Source: Candidatus Multivorans sp. | GTDB lineage: Bacteria > Acidobacteriota > Thermoanaerobaculia > Multivoradales > Multivoraceae | NCBI GenBank assembly: GCA_965247095.1 | Contig: OZ251997.1 | Coordinates: 32,001-96,000, forward strand | Length of the DNA stretch: 64,000 nt | Reading direction: 5' to 3' | The notes under the pieces: model-generated | What the model saw: only the letters and a program-made list of their open reading frames with translations | The model's database searches: none | What the model was told of the DNA's origin: nothing | Made by a program: the position numbers and the translations under genes | Shown here: piece by piece, positions 1 through 10,400 of the stretch | How positions within the stretch are numbered: the first letter of the stretch is position 1 | Layout of the letters: every line of letters starts with the position of its first letter

Positions 1-1116
1 TACCTGCCGGTGTCGACGCCGACGAACGACTGGTATGGGGGCCACCGGCGCGGCGACAACCTGTTCGCGGAGAGCCTGGTTGCCCTCGATGCCAGGACGG
101 GCGAGCGGAAGTGGCACTTCCAGGCCGTCCACCACGGCCTCTGGGACTACGACTTCGCTTCGGCTCCGAACCTCGTCGACATCAACGTCGGTGGCCGCGA
201 GATCAAGGCTGTCGCCCAGGTCAGCAAGCAGGGCATCACCTACGTGTTCGACCGGTTGACTGGCGAGCCGGTGTGGCCGATCGACGACCGCCCGGTGCCG
301 CAGACCACGGTCCCGGGCGAGTGGAGTTCACCGACCCAGCCGTTTCCGACCAAGCCGCCTCCCTTCGAGCGGCTCGGCCTGACGGAGGACGACCTGATCG
401 ACTTCACGCCCGAGCTGCGCGCCGAGGCGCTCGAGATCGTGAAGGACTACGTGATGGGCCCGATCTACACGCCGCCGCTCGAGGTCGAGGAAGGCGGCAA
501 ACTGGGCGTGCTGACGCTGCCGTCCGCAGCCGGCGGCGCCAACTGGCGCGGCGCCGCGGTCGATCCCGAGGCCGGCGTGCTCTACGTGCCGTCGATGACC
601 CAGGTGCTGAGCTACGGGGTGCAGGCCGCGGACCCGGCCCGCTCCGAGTTCCGCTACGTCGCCGCCGTCTCGTTCATGGCCGGACCGCAGGGCCTGCCTC
701 TCGTGAAACCGCCATACAGCCGGATAACCGCCATCGACCTGAACACCGGCGAGCACCTGTGGCAGGTCGCCCATGGTCCGGGGCCGAAGGACCACCCGGC
801 GATCGCCCACCTCGACCTGCCCGACCTGGGAAGCCCCTCCCACGGCGTGCTCTCCAACGGTGGCCTGGTGCTGACCAAGGACCTGATCTTCATCATCCAG
901 GCCGACTACGACACCAGCCGGATGACCTTCATGGGCGACGCCGGGTACATCCGCGCCTACGACAAACGCGACGGCGCGAAGCTCTGGGAGCACCGCGTCG
1001 AACCGACCCCGCACGGCACCCCGATGACCTATCTGCACGAGGGCCGGCAGTACGTGGCGTTCACTGTGGGCAATGGCCGGCAGGACCCGGCGCTGGTGGC
1101 GTTCGCCCTGGAGTAG
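1..1116 (+). CDS. PQQ-dependent dehydrogenase (glucose/quinate/shikimate family), 5'-partial
   Basis: Frame is open from base 1. Motifs GDNLFAESLVALDARTGERKWHFQAVHHGLWDYD, GGANW and TPMTY are typical of PQQ beta-propeller dehydrogenases. Confidence 0.9.
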   Translation, partial: YLPVSTPTNDWYGGHRRGDNLFAESLVALDARTGERKWHFQAVHHGLWDYDFASAPNLVDINVGGREIKAVAQVSKQGITYVFDRLTGEPVWPIDDRPVPQTTVPGEWSSPTQPFPTKPPPFERLGLTEDDLIDFTPELRAEALEIVKDYVMGPIYTPPLEVEEGGKLGVLTLPSAAGGANWRGAAVDPEAGVLYVPSMTQVLSYGVQAADPARSEFRYVAAVSFMAGPQGLPLVKPPYSRITAIDLNTGEHLWQVAHGPGPKDHPAIAHLDLPDLGSPSHGVLSNGGLVLTKDLIFIIQADYDTSRMTFMGDAGYIRAYDKRDGAKLWEHRVEPTPHGTPMTYLHEGRQYVAFTVGNGRQDPALVAFALE

Positions 1117-1117
1117 G

Positions 1118-1164
1118 CCCTGGGAACGCGGGCATCTTGCCCGCATCCGGCGCGGAAGCGCCGG
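1118..1164 (+). repeat. REP-like double-hairpin repeat, copy 1
   Basis: CCCTGGGAAC-GCGGGC-atctt-GCCCGC-at-CCGGCGC-ggaa-GCGCCGG directly after the stop codon; same element recurs 7 more times. Confidence 0.85.
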
Positions 1165-1197
1165 TCGGTAGAGGCGCAAAGCTAGACTGCACCGACG

Positions 1198-2307
1198 GTG
1201 TCTTCCCGCCTACTGTTCTCAGCGGCTTTAGTCAGCGCCGTGCTCCTCGGCGGCTGCTCCTTGGTTGGCAAGGGCGCTCCGGCCTGCCGTCCCTTAGAGG
1301 TCGCGGAACTGCCTCTACTCGGTGGTATCCGGGGCGCCTGGATGGACGACGAGCGGTTCGTGCTGGCGGACCTGTACCAGTCCCGCCTGCTGGTCTACAG
1401 CGGGTCCGAGGGGCTTCAACGGGTCGTCAACGGCTGGGAGAACGAGGATCTGGAGTTGCACTTTGTGTCGCCAGCCGACATTCAGCCTTGGGAGGACGGC
1501 TACGTGCTGGCGGAGGTCTTCACGGACCAGGATCGTCTCCTTGAACTGAACGCGGACCTTCGACCGGTCCGGGTGCTCTGGGAGAGCGACGTGGAGCGGT
1601 CGAATGGTGAGTGGGAGGGCGACGACGTTCATGACATCTACCGGTTGGCCGCCCTACGCGACACCCTCTATGTGCAAGCGCACCGCATGGCCGCCGGGCA
1701 GTACGGGGAGAGGGAGTATGCGGAGTTTGGAGTTGCCCTCCAGCCCAATCGGCCGGGACGAGCGCTCCGGGAAATAGCCGCTTGGCCCGCCCTCGCTCGG
1801 CAGCGAGAGTGGTATGGGTCGCTGCGCGATCTTGCGACGACCGGCGGTCGAGGCGGCTCGGCGTTTGCACTTGAGATCACCCCGGCTGCTTCGTTTGTTC
1901 GGGAGCTTGTCGCCGACGGCCGAAGACTCGAGTCCTTTCCAGAACTGCCGGCGCCGTTGCCGGCGTTGCCTCGTGATGATTTTGCCGAGTTCTATGCGGT
2001 CCTCGAGGCGTCCAGCTATCCCGCAGGTCTCTACGGCGACGAAGACAGCCTGTACGTGCTGATGCGGGACGCAACCGGCGACGCGGTCGTTTGGGATCTG
2101 CATCGCATCGACCCGGAGCGGGATGCGGTCGTAGGCAAGCTCCGCCTGCCGACGAACGCACCCCACGTGAGCCTGCTTCCGGGCCGCCGGTACTGGCTGC
2201 TTGAGGAATCGAGCAGCGGCTTCGTGAATCCGCTTCGGCCGCCGGTCCGGCTTCTGTTGCTGAACGCGGCGGCTATTCGCGCGGGGGAGGCACTGTCGTG
2301 CGACTGA
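1198..2307 (+). CDS. Hypothetical lipoprotein, probable beta-propeller (paralog A1)
   Basis: Signal peptide with lipobox LLGG-C; repeated short beta-strand motifs (FVLAD...RLLVY, YPAGLYGDEDSLYV); colinear paralog follows. Confidence 0.75.
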   Translation: MSSRLLFSAALVSAVLLGGCSLVGKGAPACRPLEVAELPLLGGIRGAWMDDERFVLADLYQSRLLVYSGSEGLQRVVNGWENEDLELHFVSPADIQPWEDGYVLAEVFTDQDRLLELNADLRPVRVLWESDVERSNGEWEGDDVHDIYRLAALRDTLYVQAHRMAAGQYGEREYAEFGVALQPNRPGRALREIAAWPALARQREWYGSLRDLATTGGRGGSAFALEITPAASFVRELVADGRRLESFPELPAPLPALPRDDFAEFYAVLEASSYPAGLYGDEDSLYVLMRDATGDAVVWDLHRIDPERDAVVGKLRLPTNAPHVSLLPGRRYWLLEESSSGFVNPLRPPVRLLLLNAAAIRAGEALSCD

Positions 2308-3419
2308 GAACGGGCGTTCCGGCTCTCGTCGTCCTCGCTTCGCTGAATCTCAGCGGCTGTTCGCTGGTGGGCGGGAAGCCTGAACTCGCGTGCCGTCCGC
2401 TGGAGAGCGCCGAACTACCGATGCTCGGCCTTGTCAGGGGCTCGTGGATGGACAAGAAACAGTTCGTGCTTGCGGATCTGCACCAGTCGCGATTGCTCGT
2501 CTACGGCGCGGATGAGGGGCTCGTTCGGATCGTCAACGGCTCGGAGAGCGAGAACCTGGCGCTGAACTTCGTATGGCCCATGGACATCCAGCCGTGGGGA
2601 CGAGGGTTTGTGCTGGCGGACGCCTACGGAGATCAGGATCGTCTGCTTGAACTGGACCCGAACCTGCGACCGGTACGGGTGCTCTGGGAGAGCGACGTGG
2701 AGCAGTCGGATGGTGAGTGGAGCGGCGACGAGGTGTTTGCCATCACCCAGTTGGCCGCTCTGCGCGACAGGCTGTACGTAGAGGCCAGTCGGCGGGATGA
2801 CGCTGGGCATTCGGAACAGGAGTTTGCAGAGTTCGGGGTGGATTCCCGGTCAAGTGCGGCGCCCGGTGCGCTGCGGGAGGTTGCTGCTTGGCCGGGCTTG
2901 GCGGGAGAGCTTGGGTGGTATGGGTCGGTTTCCGACCTTGCGGCGACGGGCGGTGGCACCCGTTCGACGTTTGCCCTCCGTTTCGCTCCTGGTGGTCCCT
3001 TTGTTCAGGAGCTCGTCGGCGAGGGCCGGCGGCTGGAGGCCTTTCCGGACTTGCCGGTGCCGTTGCCGGCGTTGCTTCGCAGTTTCAGGGGCGGTTGGGT
3101 CGGCTGGGCGGCCCTGGAGGCGTCCAGCTATCCCGCCGGTCTCTATGGCGACGAAGACAGCCTCTACATCTTGATCAGAGACGCGACCGGCGACGCGGTC
3201 GTTTGGGACCTGCACCGCATCGACCCGGCGCTGGACGCCGTCGTAGGCAAACTCCGCCTGCCGACGAACGCGCCCCACGTGAGCCTGCTTCCGGGCCACA
3301 GGTACTGGGTGCTCGAGGAATCGAGCAGCGGGCTGGAGAATCGACGTCGGCCGCCGATTCGACTGCTCCTGTTGAGTTCGGCCGCTATTCTCGCTGGGGA
3401 GGTTCCATCATGCGATTGA
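2298..3419 (+). CDS. Hypothetical lipoprotein, probable beta-propeller (paralog A2)
   Basis: Lipobox LSG-C; long identical blocks with A1 (RPVRVLWESDVE, EASSYPAGLYGDEDSLY, KLRLPTNAPHVSLLPG); GTG start overlaps A1 stop, with GGGGAGG RBS. Confidence 0.75.
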   Translation: MRLRTGVPALVVLASLNLSGCSLVGGKPELACRPLESAELPMLGLVRGSWMDKKQFVLADLHQSRLLVYGADEGLVRIVNGSESENLALNFVWPMDIQPWGRGFVLADAYGDQDRLLELDPNLRPVRVLWESDVEQSDGEWSGDEVFAITQLAALRDRLYVEASRRDDAGHSEQEFAEFGVDSRSSAAPGALREVAAWPGLAGELGWYGSVSDLAATGGGTRSTFALRFAPGGPFVQELVGEGRRLEAFPDLPVPLPALLRSFRGGWVGWAALEASSYPAGLYGDEDSLYILIRDATGDAVVWDLHRIDPALDAVVGKLRLPTNAPHVSLLPGHRYWVLEESSSGLENRRRPPIRLLLLSSAAILAGEVPSCD

Positions 3420-6058
3420 GTTGTGTTCTCGCTGGCCTTGCCATCCTTCATCCGTTTGGCGTGCCCGGCACGGCGCAGCAGGCGCCAACGCCCACTCCAG
3501 GCCAGCTCGTTGTCCTGGGAGCGGACGGCCAGCCCGTCGCCGACGCCTCGGTCACGGTGCTCCAGCCGAGCCGGGCCGGCCTCTCGCCGGTCGACGCGTT
3601 GCTGGTGCGCAGCGGGACGACGCAAGACGGCGTCGTCGAGGACGCCGTGCCGCGGCTGCACGGGCTGACGGTGGTCGTCGACCATCCGGCCCACCTGCCG
3701 TTCGTGGGCGCGTACCCGAGCCAGCCGCCGCCGGAGGTGATTCGGTTGCAGCCGGGGCGGACGGCCAAGGGCGTGGTACGGGAAGCCGCTGCCGGCGGCA
3801 CGGTGACCGGAGCGAGCGTCTGCGCGTCATGGCGCGACGCGGTCCTTCCCGATTGGTTCGGAACCTTGCGGCGCTGCACGGAAAGCAGCGAACGGGGCGC
3901 GTTCGAGCTTGCGGGTTTGCCTCCCGAGATCCTCCAGGCGACGGCCGAGGCGCCCGGTTTCGAGACGGACGCCCGCACCATCGAGGCGGGGCGGAGGGCT
4001 TCCCGGATCGTCTTCGAACTCGTGGCCGGGGAGCAGTCGGCCGACGTCACGGAAGCGACGCCGGCCTCGGCAGGAGAAGTGCGGGTCGAACTCGTGGGCG
4101 CCGCCGGCGAACCGATCCGCAACTTCACGATGAGGACGAATGCGGTCGGCCGCATGGGCGGCTCCTCGCACGATGTCGAGGACGCCGAAGGGCCGGTGTC
4201 GGTGCCGATCAGCGCCTCCTTCGCGAACGAGACCGCCGTGGACCTTTCGTTCCGGGCCGAGAACTACCACGAGTCTCCGCTTATCCGCGTCGCTCCGGTA
4301 CCGGGCGGCGAGATCGAGCTCGGTCTGATCGCTCTCGAACCCGGGGCGGTGGTGCAGGGGCGACTCTTCGACGCGGTGGGGGCGGAACCCGCCGCGGGCT
4401 GCGTGGTCGAACTCCTTCCGCCGGGCGCGGGCGCCGTTGCGGCTCTGATGTTGCGACAACGCCACCTGACGGTGTCCGATGCCGACGGCCGGTACCTGCT
4501 CGGCGGCCTCGGGGCGGGCCGCTACCACCTGCGGCTGCAATGCCTGGGGGCGCCGGTCACGGATCGGCTTGTTGTGCTGGGTGCGAACGAATTGGCCGAC
4601 CAGGGCGAGGCCTGGCTGGACTCCGGCCGGCGGGTCGGGGTGCGTGTCCGGGGTATGGGCACTGGCACGGTTCGCCTGCTCGACCGCTTCCGGGAGATCG
4701 AGATCCCGATCGTCGAGACGGCGTTGCGGTCGCCGGCAGAGGCCGAGACAGGGCAACGAGGCGATGAGGACTCAACAGGACACGCCGAGTTCCTGGCGGT
4801 TCCGGGCGTGTACCGGCTGGAAGTCGTCGACGGTTCCGGCCGCCTCCGCGTGTCGCAGGAGATCGGGATCGAAGAGGGGCCGGCCGAGGTGCGGACGGTC
4901 GACGTTGCACTAACGACACGGGCTATCCGTAGCGTCCTGGTGCTGGACGGCCGCCCAGTGGCGGGGGGCGCCGTTACCTTCGGCAGCGTCTTCGATGCCT
5001 CGCGGAGCTCCGGCAAGATCCAGCTCGTTTCGCGGCGACGCGGCGGCGCCGAGCAGAGCCGGATGTTGGGGTTAAGCCCTACGGTACGCGCGACTGTGGG
5101 AGCGGACGGCTCGTTCGAGGTCGACGGCGTTGCCGATGACCTGCTGTGGATGACGTGGTACGCGGGCGAAGGCAGCTACCTCGGGCGGCTGTGGCCGGCC
5201 GACCTGGTGCCGCGGATGGACTTGGACGGTGTTCGGGTGACGGGCTCGCTGCTCGATGTGAACGGCACGCCGGTCGGCGGCCAGGTCTCACTGACCGGCG
5301 ATATTGGCCGAAGGGTCGCCTGGACCGAAGTCGGAGAGGACGGGCTCTTCGAGCTGCCGCCGGCGCCGCCGGGCTTGTACCGGCTCAAGGCCAGTGCGGG
5401 AGTGTCGCCGAGCCGCGCTCGGGAGGGCAGGAGTAGCCTGACGGGAAGCGTGTCCCAGGACCTCGTGCTCACCACCGAGCCGCCGCTGCACCAGGTCCTG
5501 CGTGTCGAGGACGCTGAACCCGGCTTGGTCGAAGTGGAGCTGTGGCGCGCCGGCGGAAGTCCGGCGGCGGGCGCTTGGCTTAACTTCGTCAATCCGGCGG
5601 GCGATGTGGTCGGCGGCGGTTTGGCATCGGTTGCCGGGCAGACAACTCGGAGTGTGCCGGCCGGCGACGTGTCGCTGGTCTGGAACGACGCTGCCGCCTG
5701 CGTCGGCGGCGTCGAGTTGAACGTTGAAGAGGGCCGTACGTCGACGCTTCGGGAGTCGCTGTCGATAGGCCGCCTGCTCGAACTTCGCTGTCCGGCCTCC
5801 GACTGCGCCGGCGAACCGCTCTCCTTCCTCAGCATGACGACCGAGTCCGGCGCCGAGATCGCGAGCCATCTGACCGGCGCCGGCGAGGGCGTCCGCTTCT
5901 CCGAGTCCGGCCGTCTCGGCCTCGGCTGCGTGACTCCCGGTTCCTACGAGGTCTCGTTCTGGTCCGCCGGCCGGCGCTGGGGCGCTGAAGTCAACGTCGG
6001 CACCAGCGGGCCGGCGGAGGAGCCGGTGGTCGTGAACGGTAGGGAGGCGGGGTTGTAG
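3410..6058 (+). CDS. Secreted carboxypeptidase-regulatory-like (CarboxypepD_reg/Cna-B-like) repeat protein, 882 aa
   Basis: Start reset to ATG 3410 (RBS GGGGAGG, signal peptide MRLSCVLAGLAIL). Repeated GxV.D..G.PV.GA.V...DG.F.L..L.PG.Y.L units. Confidence 0.75.
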   Translation: MRLSCVLAGLAILHPFGVPGTAQQAPTPTPGQLVVLGADGQPVADASVTVLQPSRAGLSPVDALLVRSGTTQDGVVEDAVPRLHGLTVVVDHPAHLPFVGAYPSQPPPEVIRLQPGRTAKGVVREAAAGGTVTGASVCASWRDAVLPDWFGTLRRCTESSERGAFELAGLPPEILQATAEAPGFETDARTIEAGRRASRIVFELVAGEQSADVTEATPASAGEVRVELVGAAGEPIRNFTMRTNAVGRMGGSSHDVEDAEGPVSVPISASFANETAVDLSFRAENYHESPLIRVAPVPGGEIELGLIALEPGAVVQGRLFDAVGAEPAAGCVVELLPPGAGAVAALMLRQRHLTVSDADGRYLLGGLGAGRYHLRLQCLGAPVTDRLVVLGANELADQGEAWLDSGRRVGVRVRGMGTGTVRLLDRFREIEIPIVETALRSPAEAETGQRGDEDSTGHAEFLAVPGVYRLEVVDGSGRLRVSQEIGIEEGPAEVRTVDVALTTRAIRSVLVLDGRPVAGGAVTFGSVFDASRSSGKIQLVSRRRGGAEQSRMLGLSPTVRATVGADGSFEVDGVADDLLWMTWYAGEGSYLGRLWPADLVPRMDLDGVRVTGSLLDVNGTPVGGQVSLTGDIGRRVAWTEVGEDGLFELPPAPPGLYRLKASAGVSPSRAREGRSSLTGSVSQDLVLTTEPPLHQVLRVEDAEPGLVEVELWRAGGSPAAGAWLNFVNPAGDVVGGGLASVAGQTTRSVPAGDVSLVWNDAAACVGGVELNVEEGRTSTLRESLSIGRLLELRCPASDCAGEPLSFLSMTTESGAEIASHLTGAGEGVRFSESGRLGLGCVTPGSYEVSFWSAGRRWGAEVNVGTSGPAEEPVVVNGREAGL

Positions 6059-6117
6059 GAGTCGGCGTCAGGTAGCCAAGGTCCGGACACCCCACTCAGG
6101 TACCACCGTCACCCGCG

Positions 6118-6480
6118 TCACGGGGAGGGCCACTCTTCGAACCCATCGTTCACGAGATCGGCGTAGTACCGCCGATTGTAAATGGCCGCGAACACAGGCT
6201 GGGTGACGACCAGCGCGATCCCGCCGGCGACTGCCGCCGCCGTCGCCCTGGCGAATGACCCGGTCGCCGATTGCGGCTCGACTATCGCCATGGACACCAG
6301 CATTGCCAAAAACAGGGCGACCTGGCCCACCATGTACATGACTATGGACATGATCAGCGCCCACTTCCAGTCACCACGAAACAGAGGAACCAGAGGGCCA
6401 AGAAACAAGGTAGTCCAACTGAACCCGACGTGCGGTACCGATCGCCTGGCTCCGGTTCTCTCGTTCCTCATCTCGATCAT
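6118..6480 (-). CDS. DUF2628/HrgC-like small membrane protein, 120 aa
   Basis: ATG 6480 with AGGAGAGG RBS; motif VGFSWTTLFLGPLVPLFRGDWKWA, hydrophobic helices, YNRRYY...GF at the C-terminus. Confidence 0.7.
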   Translation of the reverse strand: MIEMRNERTGARRSVPHVGFSWTTLFLGPLVPLFRGDWKWALIMSIVMYMVGQVALFLAMLVSMAIVEPQSATGSFARATAAAVAGGIALVVTQPVFAAIYNRRYYADLVNDGFEEWPSP

Positions 6481-6521
6481 GGCGCCCTCTCCTGTTCGCG
6501 TTCGGATCGGATTGCGAGTGG

Positions 6522-7340
6522 CTACTGCGCGCCCGCCAGCAGGGCTTGCAGAGCCTCCGCGGGCTGGGCGAACTCGGGGGCGCCGACGAAGCGGCCGACT
6601 TCGCGGCCGTCTCGGTAGACGATCGCCGTCGGCAGGCCAGTCACTTCGTTGCCCTTGACTTCGGGATCTTCCCAGCCGGCGGGGGGTGAGGCCAGTCCGT
6701 AGTACTCGAAGGCGACGTTTGAGCCTTCGAGGCCGGCGTTGACGTCGAGCAGGTTGGGCAGCACCCGCTTGCAGACGCCGCACCAGGAGCCGAAGAAGAT
6801 GCGGACCCGGGCCGGTCCGGCGTCGCGGAGCGCGGCCATCGCCGAGGCGTTGGGTTTGAAGGCATGCATACCGGCCCGGTAGCCGGGCGAGTGCTCGAGC
6901 AGTTCGCCCAGGGTGCGGTCGCCAACCAGAGGCGGCCGGGGGATGATGCGGACTGTCCGACCCTCGATCGGCAGGGCGATGGTGGCCTGGTCCGGCTTGG
7001 CCTCGCCGACGTACGAGTTGCCTGGTTCGGCGACCACGTCGTAGCCGCCGCCGGCGGCCAGGAGATCGGCGGCCGGCAGCCGGTCCACGGCCATGGTGCG
7101 GGCCCACAGCAGGATGGGCTCACCCAGGGAGTCGCTGAGGATCAGCATCGCCGCGGCCCGCTGGGAAAGGTAGAGCCTGGCGTCGGAATCGGCTTGACCG
7201 TCGATCTCGAGGATGTACTCGTCGATGGGCAGGAACGCGCTCAGGACGGGGTGGGCCGTGGGCTGGGCGGCCGCGGGCGCGGCTGGCAGGAGAAGTGCGA
7301 GGAGCGCGCAGAAAACTGGGACTTTTCCGTGAGCGGACAC
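6522..7340 (-). CDS. Exported thioredoxin-family protein
   Basis: Signal peptide (PAAPAAA-Q); C-terminal thioredoxin fold with FFGSWCGVC and the cis-Pro motif GLPTAIVYRDGREVGR. Confidence 0.8.
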   Translation of the reverse strand: MSAHGKVPVFCALLALLLPAAPAAAQPTAHPVLSAFLPIDEYILEIDGQADSDARLYLSQRAAAMLILSDSLGEPILLWARTMAVDRLPAADLLAAGGGYDVVAEPGNSYVGEAKPDQATIALPIEGRTVRIIPRPPLVGDRTLGELLEHSPGYRAGMHAFKPNASAMAALRDAGPARVRIFFGSWCGVCKRVLPNLLDVNAGLEGSNVAFEYYGLASPPAGWEDPEVKGNEVTGLPTAIVYRDGREVGRFVGAPEFAQPAEALQALLAGAQ

Positions 7341-7371
7341 GGCGCGGAGGCTACAGCAACGGAGGCGTGTC

Positions 7372-7420
7372 CCGCTGCTTCGCGGCTCGCCGGATGCCGG
7401 CGGGGACGCCGCGCACCCAG
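7372..7420 (-). repeat. REP-like repeat, divergent copy in reverse orientation
   Basis: Reverse complement CTGGGTGCGCGGCGTCCCCGCCGGCATCCGGCGAGCCGCGAAGCAGCGG resembles the consensus. Confidence 0.6.
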
Positions 7421-7436
7421 TGGCCGGCGCACCCAG

Positions 7437-10400
7437 TCAGGCTACGCGCGAGTCGAGGTGCTGCTCGTCGAGCTGGTCCAGGAGCTGCTTCGCCCGGGTC
7501 TTCGCGGTGGCGATCGTGCGCTCCTTGACGCCTTCGTAGCCGCGGATCGAGTCGGGCAGTTTCGCTGCCTCGACCACCAGTGGGGCGGACTCGGCATCGA
7601 GCCGGTCGAGCGTCTCGTGTAGAAGCTCCCGGTACCAGTCGAACAGGGCACGCTCGAGACGGCGATGGCGGGTCGCGCCGAAGATGTCGAGAACGGAGCC
7701 GCGGAGCCGGCGGGCCGCGTAGAGCAGCCGGAACATCGGCCGCGACCAGGCGCCGAACTTGATCTTCCGCTGCCAGCCCATCCGCCGCAGCGTCGGCGGG
7801 TGGAGCAGGATGTGGCGGTTGAGCGGGCCGTCGTAGTCGTTGGCGATCTGGTCCCAGATCGGGTCCTGCAGCCACAGGCGGGCGACCTCGTACTCGTCCT
7901 TGACCGCCAGCAGCTTGAAGCCGTAGCGGGCCGCCTCCTCGCGCACCTCGGTGTGACCGGGCAGTCTCGATTCCTCGGCCTCCCCGACCTCGCCGACGAA
8001 CGCCAGGTAGCGTTCGGCGATCCCCGTGCCCTGGTAGAGGAGAAGGTCGGCGACGCGGCCCGGTAGCAGGCGGTCGAGCGCGCCTCCCTGCGGGGCGCCC
8101 GCCAGGAGGCGCTCGAGTTCCGGCCCGAACTTCGGCGCCCAGCGCTCGATCCGGGCGCGGGCGGCTTCCAGGGCCGACGCCGCGGTCTGCGCCTTGGGAC
8201 CCTCAAGACCGGAGGCGCTTCGGAACCGCTCCGGGTCGGCGACGGAGAGCCGGCCGTAGCGGAAGGCCTGGATGTTGTCCTCGACCGCCACGCCGTTCGC
8301 CCGTAGCGCTTCCTCGATGAAGCGCGACTCGAGCGGCAGCAGGCCCTGCTGGTAGGCGGCGCCGACCAGGAAGATGTTGCCGGTGACACTGTTGCCGAGC
8401 AGCCGCTCGGTGGCGGCCTCCGCGTCGACGAAGTAGCTCCGGTTGCGGTCGGTGAAGAGGGCCAGACGCTTGCGCAGCTCGTCGAGCGGCGGCATCCGCG
8501 CGGCGCTGTCGGTGATCACGGCGGCTGGACTGATTCCGGCCGTGTTGGCGACCACCGCCGTGGTCTCCTTCGAGAACCGCTTGATGTTGTCGGTGGCGAC
8601 CGTGGCGAGCAGGTCGAAGGACAGGGCCAGATCGGCTTCGCCCTCGCCGAGCTTGTTCGCCCGGTCGATCGGCTTGCTGCTGAGGAGCAGGTTCGAGACC
8701 ACCGCGCCGCCCTTCTGCGCGAGGCCGGTCTGGTCGAGGTGGACGGCGTACCGACCCTCGAGCAGGGCCGCGGTGACCAGGATGGCGTCGACGGTGACCA
8801 CGCCGGTGCCGCCGATTCCCACCAGCAGGGCTCTGAAGGTGTCGTGCTCCCTGACCTTGCCGGCCGGTTCCGGCACCTCGTCCGCGACCAGAGGAGCGGC
8901 CGCGGCGCGCCGCACCGGCTTCGTGGCCGCGCCCAGGTCGACCGTCATGAAGGCCGGGCAGTCGCCCTCGATGCACGAGTAGTCCAGGTTGCAGGACGAC
9001 TGATGGATCTGGGTCTTGCGGCCGTACTCCGTCTCAAGCGGCGCGACCGAGAGGCAGTTCGACTTTGCGGCGCAGTCGCCGCAGCCCTCGCAGACCGCCG
9101 GGTTGATGTACACGCGCTGGCTCGGCGTCGCCTGGATGCCGCGCTTGCGCTCGCGGCGCTTCTCGGCGGCGCACTGCTGGTCGTAGACGACGGCGGTCGG
9201 GCCCTTGATCGCGCGCAGTTCCTTGAGCACGGCGTCGTAGTCGCGGCGGTGCCGGATCTCGACGCTGTTGTCGTCGCGGTGGGGAAAGCGTTCGAGGTCT
9301 TCGGTGACCAGAACCACCCGCTTCATGCCCTGGAGCTGGAGCTGCTTCGACACGCCGAGCGAACTGAGCAGGCCGACCGCTTCCTGCCCGCCGGTCATCG
9401 CGACCGCCGCGTTGTAGAGGATGCGGAAGGTCATGTGGAGGTTGGCGGCGATGCAGGCCTCGATCGCCTTGCTGGCGGAGTGGGCGTAGGTGCCGTCGCC
9501 GACGTTCTGGAAGATGTGCTCCTGCTCGGTGAAGGGCGCAAGCCCGATCCAGCAGGCGCCCTCGCCGCCCATCTGCGGCAGCCAACTGATGCCGCGGTCC
9601 ATCCACATCGCCATGGCGTGGCAGCCGATGCCGCCGCCGGCGGCGTCCGACCCCTCGGGTAGCTGGGTGGAGGTGTTGTGCGGGCAGCCGCTGCAGAAGT
9701 AGGGCGTGCGCGGCATTGCGGCCGGCAGAGTCGCCGCCAGGTCGGCGGACTCGGCGCCCGTCCGCAGGCGCGACAGGTTCTCCGCCGGCACGGCGCCGGG
9801 AAGCCGCCGCTCCAGGTAGGCGCCGAGGATGAGGGCGATCTGGTGACCCTCCAGTTCGCCGTGCATCGGGAACAGCGCCTCGCCGCTCGGCGTCTGCTTG
9901 CCGCCGACGAGCGGCCGGTCGGGCAGGTTGTAGAGCGTCTGCCGCACCTGGGTCTCGATGAAGCCGCGCTTGTCCTCGACGACGACGATCTCCTCGAGGC
10001 CGGCGGCGAACTCGCGCAGGCGCCGCGTTTCGACCGGCGCGATGCAACCGAGCTTCAGGACGCGGATGCCGTGGCGGTCGAGCGCTGCTTCGTCCAGCCC
10101 CAGCAAGTTGAGCGCCAGGCGCAGGTCGCGGTAGGGCTTGCCGGCCGCGATCAGGCCCAGGCGGTCGCCGGGGCTGGCGCAGCGGATGCTGTCCAGGCCG
10201 TTGGCATGGACGTACTCCAGGGCGGCCACGGTGCGCTCGGTGAAGATCTGGCGCTCCATCTCGACCGTATGCGGCGGCAGCAGCCGGATGTCGAGATGCT
10301 TCTGGAACGGTCGGCCGTCGATTTCGAGATCAGGCAGAACCGGTGGCGGCATCTGAGGAAGATCGATGACCGCGCCGCCGTCGGCGACGTTGGTCACGAC

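Noticed and set aside
111-1544. Long alternative-frame and antisense ORFs (e.g. 111-1544, 41974-44352, 47439-50045, 56551-58422)
   Set aside because: Arg/Pro/Gly-rich shadow ORFs overlapping well-supported genes, as expected in high-GC DNA; no recognisable motifs.
2888-3409. 5' extension of the 1056-aa ORF
   Set aside because: Overlaps lipoprotein A2; the RBS and signal peptide point to ATG 3410.
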